DNA from: Minisyncoccota bacterium
Lineage (GTDB): Bacteria > Patescibacteriota > Minisyncoccia > Phycocordibacterales > Phycocordibacteraceae
DNA: 64,000 nt
Assembly (NCBI GenBank): GCA_022842945.1
Contig: JALHOO010000001.1
Coordinates: 24,847 to 88,846, forward strand
Direction of reading: 5' to 3'
Each line of letters opens with the position of its first letter. Position 1 is the first letter of the stretch. The position numbers and the translations under genes were made by a program. A model generated the notes under the pieces. That model did not search any database and was not told the DNA's origin. It worked only from the letters and a program-made list of their open reading frames with translations. Shown one piece after another: positions 10,116 through 17,285 of this stretch.

Positions 10116-11154
10116 CGAACCTCGTATTCTTAAATATACTGAAGCCTTGAGAGAGGCTACGGAGCAAGCAATGGCAGAGGACCCGTCCGTGTTCGTCATC
10201 GGTCTTGGTGTGTCATACAAGAACGGGGCAGACGGTACTACTGCAGGTTTGAAGGAGCTGTACCCAGAGCGCGTTCTCGACGTGCCTGTTTCAGAGGATG
10301 CGTTTACGGGTATGGCGGTAGGAGCTGCGATACATGGCATGCGTCCTATCGTGCACCACGGACGTGTGGAGTTTGCGCTCTTCGCAGCTGATCATATTTG
10401 TACGCAGGCGGCTAAGTGGAACTACATGTTTGGAGGGAACAATCCGGTACCTGTGGTGTTTCGTATCAATGTTGGACGTCAGTGGGGTAACGGTCCTCAG
10501 CACACCCAGTCGCTCTTCGGTCTCTTTGGAAGCGTGCTAGGACTTAAAGTGGTCATCCCGTCATCTCCGTACATGGCGAAGGGCCTCCTCAGAGCAGCGA
10601 TTAAGGATAATAATCCCGTCGTGCTTCTCGAGTCTCGGTGGGTATTTCCGGTAAAGCAGGAGGTGCCAGAAGAAGCATACGAGCTTCCGCTCGATAAGGC
10701 GCATGTGGTGCAATCGGGTAACGACCTTACCGTGGTGGCGTATGGCGACGGTGTTATTGCGGCCCGCGAAGCGATCGAACTTATTGGCGATCAAGTTGAC
10801 GTGGAGCTTATCGATCTTGTGAGCATTAACCCAATTGACGAAGAGACGATACATGCCTCCCTCAAGAAAACGGGGAGACTCCTTACGGTTGATACGACTA
10901 GTGCATCGTTCAGTATTGGTTCTGAGGTTGCTGCTCGCGCGCTGCGCATGAGTGATGTTACGTTCCGTACAACACCGGGTATGCTCTCGTGTCCTGATGT
11001 CCCGTGCCCGACGTCCACTGCCCTTAGTGAGGCGTACTACCCAACTAAGGTAGATATTGCCAATGCCATACTTGCGCAGTGCGGAAAGGACCAGATAACA
11101 AAGGAGCTTACGTTTGAGGAACTGCACCTGCCCCCTACACACACCATCGTATGA
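10108..11154 (+). CDS. ThDP-dependent E1-beta-like subunit
   Basis: VLDVPVSE, GMRPIV, GPQHTQS, AKGLLRAAIKDNNPV; start ATG 10108. Confidence 0.9.
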   Translation: MHNEPRILKYTEALREATEQAMAEDPSVFVIGLGVSYKNGADGTTAGLKELYPERVLDVPVSEDAFTGMAVGAAIHGMRPIVHHGRVEFALFAADHICTQAAKWNYMFGGNNPVPVVFRINVGRQWGNGPQHTQSLFGLFGSVLGLKVVIPSSPYMAKGLLRAAIKDNNPVVLLESRWVFPVKQEVPEEAYELPLDKAHVVQSGNDLTVVAYGDGVIAAREAIELIGDQVDVELIDLVSINPIDEETIHASLKKTGRLLTVDTTSASFSIGSEVAARALRMSDVTFRTTPGMLSCPDVPCPTSTALSEAYYPTKVDIANAILAQCGKDQITKELTFEELHLPPTHTIV

Positions 11155-11894
11155 AGAAGATTCTCGTTGTAGGAGAGAGCTGTAAGGACGTGTTTGTGTA
11201 CTGTCATGCACAGCGTCTGGCGCCTGATTTGCCGATACCTATCCTTGACGTTATTGATGAGAGCGAGAACCCTGGTATGGCCGCAAACGTTGAGCGGAAC
11301 ATAAAGAATATCTACCCTCATTGCGACCTTGCTACAAATGACGGGTGGGAGAGTGTTACGAAGACCAGGTACATGCACGGGAAGACTAACCATGCGTTCA
11401 TACGCATTGACTCGAAGCACCCGATTGCTGCTGCTGACATTCACGCGCTCCCGCTTGTAGACTACGACATTGTCGCTATCTCAGACTACAACAAGGGGTA
11501 CCTTTCTGAAGATGATATTGAGTATATCTGTAAGAACCACTCGTGTGTCTTTATCGATACGAAGAAGGTGCTCGGACCCTGGGTAGACGAAGCAACGTTC
11601 ATCAAGATCAATGATTTCGAGTACGAACGCTCCAAAGCAACTATTACACCCGTACTAGCAACGAAGATCATCCGTACTGAAGGAGAGAACGGTGCGTTTT
11701 TTAACGATACCCACTATCCGGTTTCGGAAAAAGTGGAAGTGCAGGACACGAGTGGCGCGGGCGACAGTTTCTTTGCAGCGCTTGTGGTTAGGTATGCAGA
11801 GACGGGGTCTATTAACGAAGCTATTGAGTTTGCGAATGACTGTGCGCGAAGGGCTGTTGCACAACGTGGCGTAACGGTTATTGAACGTCCGTAG
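11151..11894 (+). CDS. PfkB-family kinase, HldA/RfaE1-like (heptose-7-phosphate kinase)
   Basis: RLAPDLPIP (RxSPEAPVP-like), GMAANV, ISDYNKG, DTSGAGDSF; shorter than the canonical domain. Confidence 0.72.
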   Translation: MKKILVVGESCKDVFVYCHAQRLAPDLPIPILDVIDESENPGMAANVERNIKNIYPHCDLATNDGWESVTKTRYMHGKTNHAFIRIDSKHPIAAADIHALPLVDYDIVAISDYNKGYLSEDDIEYICKNHSCVFIDTKKVLGPWVDEATFIKINDFEYERSKATITPVLATKIIRTEGENGAFFNDTHYPVSEKVEVQDTSGAGDSFFAALVVRYAETGSINEAIEFANDCARRAVAQRGVTVIERP

Positions 11895-11897
11895 CGT

Positions 11898-12380
11898 ATG
11901 GGAAAGATTCTTCCATTCGAGCGCTTACTAGAAGAGGTTGAGCAATTGAGGAAGGCCGGGAAGACTATCGTTGCAACCAATGGTTGCTTCGATCTTCTGC
12001 ATGTGGGACATGTTCGTAATCTAGAAGCCACAAAGGCGCTGGGCGACGTGCTCGTGGTTGGTCTCAATTCCGATAAGTCAGTGCGCGAAGGAAAGGGAGA
12101 TGCGCGTCCTATCGTTCCAGAAGCAGAACGTGCTGAAATGCTCGCAGCGCTCTCATCTGTTGACTACGTATTTATATATTCTGAGCGAACGCCGTTTTCT
12201 TGGATTACTGTGCTCCGACCTGATATCCATACCAAAGGGGGAGGGGAAGACATTCGCTCCCACCCCGATCTTCAGGCGCAAATTGATGTTGTTGAGGCGG
12301 CTGGAGGAAGATTCGTGTTAGTTGAGCATCATGATGGGCGGTCCAGTTCTCACATGGTCGAAAAGATACGAAGTAAATAA
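11898..12380 (+). CDS. rfaE2: Heptose-1-phosphate nucleotidyltransferase (HldC/RfaE2-like)
   Basis: TNGCFDLLHVGH, LVVGLNSDKSV, KGDARPI, ER.EMLAAL, GRSSS. Confidence 0.85.
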   Translation: MGKILPFERLLEEVEQLRKAGKTIVATNGCFDLLHVGHVRNLEATKALGDVLVVGLNSDKSVREGKGDARPIVPEAERAEMLAALSSVDYVFIYSERTPFSWITVLRPDIHTKGGGEDIRSHPDLQAQIDVVEAAGGRFVLVEHHDGRSSSHMVEKIRSK

Positions 12381-12383
12381 AGG

Positions 12384-12412
12384 AAAGCGGACGACCGAAG
12401 GTCGTCCGCTTT
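12384..12412. terminator. Bidirectional intrinsic terminator
   Basis: AAAGCGGACGACC-GAA-GGTCGTCCGCTTT between convergent genes. Confidence 0.85.
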
Positions 12413-12432
12413 GTAGTTCTTGCTTACTCTAG

Positions 12433-13071
12433 CTACAGAAGAATGCGCATCAGGCGCACGATTCCTGCGAGCGTGAGTGCATCAGCCGAGAGAAGGACCG
12501 ATTCCTTCCATGGCATGAAGTAGAGGTCACTTTCTTTTGCGTGATGAATCAGGTGCGCGCGAGGTCTCCATCGCGTTTCCGAAATTTGCACGAGGTCCTT
12601 AATCGGGCATTCAAGAGCAAATGTCGGCATGCCCTCGCCCTCGTGAGGATTCTGAACGAAGTACATACGATCAGAATTTACCGGAAGTCCTGGAAGCAGG
12701 CGAGCACCTGAAGTGTTGATGCCCCCTTCTTCTTGGCTTTCGCGGCATTGGGCTTCCTCGGGAGATTCATCGACTTCGACAAAACCACCGAGTAAGCACC
12801 ACACCTTTTCCGGCCCCATATTAGGCCGAGATTCGTGTACGAGACCGATGAGTATCTCGCCTGCAGGTGTCCTTGACCAAGTTACGGTCGTGGCGCCACC
12901 TTTTCCAGGTTTAAATGCCCAGCCGTTAAAATTCTCAGGACGCCATCCGAAGACAAAGACCCCATACTCAGAACTTATTTCCAGATGGCGCGGATAGATG
13001 TTTTCGCCATCTGCCCGAATAGTCCATGTAAGTGGTTTTTCTGGTGGAACAGGCGCTATAGCAAATGTCAC
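12433..13071 (-). CDS. NUDIX hydrolase
   Basis: Nudix box GGFVEVDESPEEAQCRESQEEGG; GTG start. Confidence 0.8.
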   Translation of the reverse strand: MTFAIAPVPPEKPLTWTIRADGENIYPRHLEISSEYGVFVFGWRPENFNGWAFKPGKGGATTVTWSRTPAGEILIGLVHESRPNMGPEKVWCLLGGFVEVDESPEEAQCRESQEEGGINTSGARLLPGLPVNSDRMYFVQNPHEGEGMPTFALECPIKDLVQISETRWRPRAHLIHHAKESDLYFMPWKESVLLSADALTLAGIVRLMRILL

Positions 13072-13175
13072 GTGTGTAACTCCACTGTGTGAATATGAAC
13101 GTCAATCTTATTGCATTTAATCACATTTAGCTTAATAAGTCAATATGTAGGTACCTATCCCCTAATACCAAGTAT

Positions 13176-13781
13176 ATGAAGAAAAGGAGTATAATACGGG
13201 AAATGAGGAAAACCATCATGATGTGGGATGTGTTGAAATCCCTTAATGAAGAACATCAGTCTGCAGCAAGAAAAGACTTGAGGCTTACTTTTGAGTCCGA
13301 AACTGGTTTCGTTAAAAGAGATCAGCTCATCTATCTTTACGCGATACAACATGAAGGGTTTCTCCTTTGGAGAAAAGCAAGACACCTGTGGTGGCGCTAT
13401 TTCCACAAGCATAGGTTCCAAGGAGTTTGCTTGCATTGCAAGCTAGAAGATCTTGAACTTTCAAACTACAAAGAGGTTGGTAGAAAGCAGCGAGAGCTGA
13501 TGGGAAAGATAGATAGGGTCTTAAAAAAGGCGGAAAACTGTACACCCAAACTTGTTGAGGTTAAGGATTTGCATGACGGCTTCTATGAAGATGGCAAGAA
13601 GAAAATGGAGCGGAACATAAGGCTTACTCAGGCAGGAGAGGACTTCGTCGAGTTTGAAGGTCTTTTAAAGAAATTATGGGACGAAGATTGGAAGGTCATG
13701 ACAGGAATTGTGAGCACAATTATTGCTCTGATAACCAGCTTAACTTTATTGATCATTAAAGTTATCGAATTAGCTTCTTAG
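13176..13781 (+). CDS. IS passenger: hypothetical protein with C-terminal TM helix
   Basis: 201-aa AT-rich ORF starting immediately after the left TIR; hydrophobic C-terminus; IRLTQAGEDF resembles a wHTH wing. Confidence 0.65.
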   Translation: MKKRSIIREMRKTIMMWDVLKSLNEEHQSAARKDLRLTFESETGFVKRDQLIYLYAIQHEGFLLWRKARHLWWRYFHKHRFQGVCLHCKLEDLELSNYKEVGRKQRELMGKIDRVLKKAENCTPKLVEVKDLHDGFYEDGKKKMERNIRLTQAGEDFVEFEGLLKKLWDEDWKVMTGIVSTIIALITSLTLLIIKVIELAS

Positions 13782-13850
13782 CTTTTGGTTTAATTTGGTT
13801 ATCCACAATATTAAATATGGTCTATGTAGGCCATATTTACCTGATTATCG

Positions 13851-13878
13851 TTGACGCTGTCGCTGTCGCGTGTATACT
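13851..13878 (+). promoter_or_regulatory. Sigma70-like promoter facing antisense into the pemK 3' end
   Basis: TTGACG (13851) - 16 nt - TATACT (13873); no plausible ORF follows. Confidence 0.65.
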
Positions 13879-13884
13879 ACTAGT

Positions 13885-13960
13885 ACATATGGCTTCGGCC
13901 TCGCCCCGCCTCGTGTGGGGCAAAATTCGTTTATGGGAAAAGAGTGGTTTTTAAAGAAGC
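13885..13960 (+). ncRNA. Candidate structured antisense RNA (3' end undefined)
   Basis: After the promoter: GGC-UUCG-GCC tetraloop hairpin (13891-13900) and GCCCCGC/GUGGGGC hairpin (13903-13921), then sequence complementary to the pemK 3' end. Confidence 0.45.
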
Positions 13961-14344
13961 CACGACTTTATTAAAAGTTGGCTCATCCAGTGTTGCCATT
14001 TTCTTTACGAGCCTTCTGGCATCAATTGTTCTGACCTGTGACAGTATTACAGATCCGTCTCCCTCGTCGCCGATTTCACCTAAGTAAACGTGCCACTTAC
14101 TATTCTCCCTTTTCCTCCCAGTCAGGGCGACGCCAAAGAATTGAGATTTGTTAAATCCCCGAATTATTAAGACTGGTCGATCAAAGTTCTCTCCCGTACC
14201 GTCTTGCTCTGTACCAATGTTAACTCCTAGGGCACACCACCAAATCTCACGTTCATTGTAGAAAGGATGGTCTTCTTTAGAGTGCAGACCCTTCTTGGTT
14301 GGATGCCATGCCTCAAAATCCTTAGTATAGGGTTCCTCGTTCAT
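13931..14344 (-). CDS. PemK/MazF-family toxin (endoribonuclease)
   Basis: REIWWCALGVNIGTEQDG..RPVLII, SQVRTIDARRL; -10 TAGAAT 9 nt before the ATG. Confidence 0.88.
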   Translation of the reverse strand: MNEEPYTKDFEAWHPTKKGLHSKEDHPFYNEREIWWCALGVNIGTEQDGTGENFDRPVLIIRGFNKSQFFGVALTGRKRENSKWHVYLGEIGDEGDGSVILSQVRTIDARRLVKKMATLDEPTFNKVVASLKTTLFP

Positions 14345-14391
14345 TTGCAGATTATTCTACGCCTTTTTGCGCGGTGCGCTATACTTTCTAC

Positions 14392-14574
14392 ATGTCCGAA
14401 CGCAACAACTTCTTCGACCTCTTAAAGAAAGCTATCGGCTCGCCCGTTCCAACAGGTGGGCAAACACCGGAACCGGAGAGTTCCGAAGGTTATAACGATA
14501 CGCAAACTCGTCCAAGTACGCCTGAAGGTGCTGGGGAGACACGAACGCGTACGTCCCCCGAACAGACTTCTTAA
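14392..14574 (+). CDS. Small 60-aa ORF antisense to the transposase 3' end
   Basis: TATACT 6 nt before the ATG (the window's leaderless pattern); overlaps 143 nt of the transposase on the opposite strand. Confidence 0.45.
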   Translation: MSERNNFFDLLKKAIGSPVPTGGQTPEPESSEGYNDTQTRPSTPEGAGETRTRTSPEQTS

Positions 14575-15253
14575 ACTGGCCCCAGAAGCCTTCAATGGTG
14601 TTGGTGTGCGTATCGCCCCAGGTGTAGTGATTCTTGCCGTGCTTCACGTTGGTATGGCTGTAGCCGTACGCGCGGTATGAGAGCTTATCGTAGCCACGGT
14701 ACTCATCCGTCATAACGCGGGTACCGCGCTCTACGTTCTCTTTAACCATAGGCAGGATAACTTCTGCACGGCGGTTAGGGGCCTTCTTCACACGTACGCG
14801 TCCCTGACGCTCAACCATACCGATAACCGCGTCCTTGTTCTTGAACTTCATCGAGTTCTTGCCCTGCTTTCCGTAGTACGTCTCGTCTATCTCAACTACG
14901 CCGGACAACGGATCGCCGCCCTGCTCCATGAGGGCGCGAATCTGGTGTCCCATGCGCCACGCGCACTTGTACGTCACGCCAAGCTGACGCTGTAGCTCCT
15001 TGGCCGAAACCCCGTTCTTCGAGGACGCAAAGAGGAATATCGCATGGAACCAGAGCGTGAGGGGTGTAGAGGACTTCTCAAAGATAGTCCCTGCAAGGGG
15101 GTGTATCTGCTTTCCCTGAGGGTTAGCGTATGCCTTGCGCTTACTCATACGGCAAAACTGCTTCGCGTCAGGGTATTTCTGGCGGAATATGTAATCTAGG
15201 CACGCTTCATCTGTAGGAAACTCTTTGTGGAGGTCTTTAATCGTGTACTTCAT
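14432..15253 (-). CDS. IS1595-family (ISXO2-like) DDE transposase
   Basis: GTIFEKS, GVSAKELQRQLGV, VEIDETYYG, MTDEYRGY, HTNTIEGFW, HLQAYLDEFAYRYN. Confidence 0.95.
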   Translation of the reverse strand: MKYTIKDLHKEFPTDEACLDYIFRQKYPDAKQFCRMSKRKAYANPQGKQIHPLAGTIFEKSSTPLTLWFHAIFLFASSKNGVSAKELQRQLGVTYKCAWRMGHQIRALMEQGGDPLSGVVEIDETYYGKQGKNSMKFKNKDAVIGMVERQGRVRVKKAPNRRAEVILPMVKENVERGTRVMTDEYRGYDKLSYRAYGYSHTNVKHGKNHYTWGDTHTNTIEGFWGQFKKSVRGTYAFVSPQHLQAYLDEFAYRYNLRNSPVPVFAHLLERASR

Positions 15254-15319
15254 TACCTATATCCTATACCAAGAGCTACTTGGCATCAAGGGATAGGTAC
15301 CAATATGTATTCCTTTTGG

Positions 15320-16567
15320 CTATTTTGCTCTCCAATATAGGAAGACTCCAAATCCAAGAACGAAGAAGCTGGTAAGTACACGTCCGGCGATAAGTCCTGC
15401 TAGGCCGAAGAGGAGGATACCCGATACCTGAAACAGTATCTGCATGATGGGGTTAACCGTATTGAAGAGATAGAGCGTCTTAACGTGTGCGTGTGCGATA
15501 AGGGCATTCGTAAGAACTCCTCCCATAGTTGCGGCAAGCGTAAGTGCGTACCATTGTGAATATGGAACCGCTTCCATGTAGGCAGGGAAGAAGATCGAGA
15601 AGAGTGGAAACGTAATAAGCATGTAGGCACCTGCAAGGAGCGCGGAAAGAAACGTGCCAACCAGGAGACGATACCCAAGACCCTGTCTAATCTCATGAGG
15701 CTTCTTGCCAACAAACTTCGGGAAGGCGGCCGCCGGGATGAATTTAAAGAGCGCACCAATGCGATCGGGGATGGCAGTTGAGAAACTGTAAATAGCGAGT
15801 GCTGCGGGACCGAGAAGGTGGAAGGTAAGAATATTGTCGATCTGCGAAGCAAGGCTTCCAAGGAGCCCCATGATGCTTAGGTGCCCACCATACCGTAAGG
15901 CCTTCGGGTCTACCGCTGTATTTGGCTTATAGGTAATGAGCGTATGCCGATAGGCAATGAATAGACCAATTGCCTGAGCGATAAGGTTTGCTCCAAGCAG
16001 AATCAATGCGGCGTCATAGAACACCGCAGCAACGCCCACACAAAGATAGTAGGGAATGTTCCACCAGAGACTGTAGAAGAACCCTCGTTTGAAATCCCTC
16101 TTTGCCTGTAGGTATGAGCCATAGGTGCTGAACGCATTGTTCAAAGGAACAAATACGCCAATGAGTATCAGACCCCACCCAATAGTCTGGTCTCCGGTGT
16201 AGAGAAAGTACGCGCCACCTACCCATGCGCCAATGAGGGGAAATATGCCCCAGCGCAACTGAGCCATAAGTGCAGAGTGTACGGACCCTTCAAACCCAAG
16301 TGCGACTGATCGCGTTACAGCACTCTTCATGCCCGTTAGAGTAAAAGCACCCACAACAGCACCGAGAGAGAGTAGGTACTGATATGTGCCGTAGGTTTCC
16401 TTTGTGAGGAAGTGACTGAAGGCGACGTAGAGAAGGAAGGAAGCGACAGATACGAAGATGGTCCCGGCATTTGACCAGAAGCCAGTCGTGGCGAGGTAGA
16501 CCATGTCGGTCTTCGTAAACCGCTCAGCGGAGCGGAGGAGGCGATGGGTTCGGCCACGGAGGTCCAT
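15320..16567 (-). CDS. Wzx-like oligosaccharide flippase
   Basis: About 12 hydrophobic helices; YGTYQY and QIDNIL..LLGPAALAIYS motifs typical of PST exporters. Confidence 0.85.
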   Translation of the reverse strand: MDLRGRTHRLLRSAERFTKTDMVYLATTGFWSNAGTIFVSVASFLLYVAFSHFLTKETYGTYQYLLSLGAVVGAFTLTGMKSAVTRSVALGFEGSVHSALMAQLRWGIFPLIGAWVGGAYFLYTGDQTIGWGLILIGVFVPLNNAFSTYGSYLQAKRDFKRGFFYSLWWNIPYYLCVGVAAVFYDAALILLGANLIAQAIGLFIAYRHTLITYKPNTAVDPKALRYGGHLSIMGLLGSLASQIDNILTFHLLGPAALAIYSFSTAIPDRIGALFKFIPAAAFPKFVGKKPHEIRQGLGYRLLVGTFLSALLAGAYMLITFPLFSIFFPAYMEAVPYSQWYALTLAATMGGVLTNALIAHAHVKTLYLFNTVNPIMQILFQVSGILLFGLAGLIAGRVLTSFFVLGFGVFLYWRAK

Positions 16568-16649
16568 TACTAGGTAATACTAGCCTGGAACCGACTAAGG
16601 TTACAGGAACACGTTGTCTAGGATATGTGTCGGTCGTATCATAATGATT

Positions 16650-17243
16650 ATGAAGAATCCAATCTCGGTTGATATTTCAAACGCATTCGATGAACTGGCA
16701 TTGCTCTTATCAACCCTGAAAGAGGACCAAGCATTACAGGTCTCAGTACAGAGCGCCGCCGACCTGCTCTACGAAAAGCTTTTAGAGGGTGGTGTGCTTT
16801 ACACTGCTGGCAACGGAGGAAGTGCTGCAGAGGCCCAGCACCTTACCGCAGAGTTCATTGGACGTTTTCGACGGGAGCGTCGCCCTTTTCCTGCTATGGC
16901 GCTTACCGCTGAAAGCTCTGCCGTAACGGCGATTGGAAATGATTATTCCTTTGACGAAATATTCGCACGTCAGATTACGGCACTCGGGAAGCCCAATGAT
17001 GTGTTCATTGCCTTAACAACCAGTGGCAACTCGCCGAATATTATTCAGGCACTTCATGCTGCAAAGAAGAAAGGAGTAGCAACTATTAGTCTCCTTGGAA
17101 AGGGGGGCGGGATGGCAAAGGGTATTGCTGATATAGATATTATTATTCCCTCAGATACGACCGCTCGGATTCAAGAGGTGCACCTTTTGGTTATTCACGC
17201 CGTGTGCGAGGCTTTTGATACGCGTCTCCTTGGGTCTGATTGA
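16650..17243 (+). CDS. gmhA: D-sedoheptulose-7-phosphate isomerase
   Basis: GNGGSAAEAQH, AIGNDY, TTSGNSPNI, ARIQEVH; start is 16644 or 16650. Confidence 0.93.
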   Translation: MKNPISVDISNAFDELALLLSTLKEDQALQVSVQSAADLLYEKLLEGGVLYTAGNGGSAAEAQHLTAEFIGRFRRERRPFPAMALTAESSAVTAIGNDYSFDEIFARQITALGKPNDVFIALTTSGNSPNIIQALHAAKKKGVATISLLGKGGGMAKGIADIDIIIPSDTTARIQEVHLLVIHAVCEAFDTRLLGSD

Positions 17244-17285
17244 TAAAGAGCGTAAGGGTGTGGCGCATAGTATACTGGCCCTATC

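Larger units (their letters stand above)
13150..15301 (-). mobile_element. IS1595-family element with passenger genes (2,152 bp)
   Basis: TIRs 13150-13174 GGTACCTATCCCCTAATACCAAGTA and 15277-15301 (reverse complement GGTACCTATCCCTTGATGCCAAGTA), 22/25 identical; 8-bp TSD AATATGTA at 13142-13149 and 15302-15309; internal transposase. Confidence 0.95.

Noticed and set aside
9162-11154. Naming the E1 pair pdhA/pdhB
   Set aside because: No E2/E3 in the window and the context is glycan biosynthesis, so the specific function is unsupported
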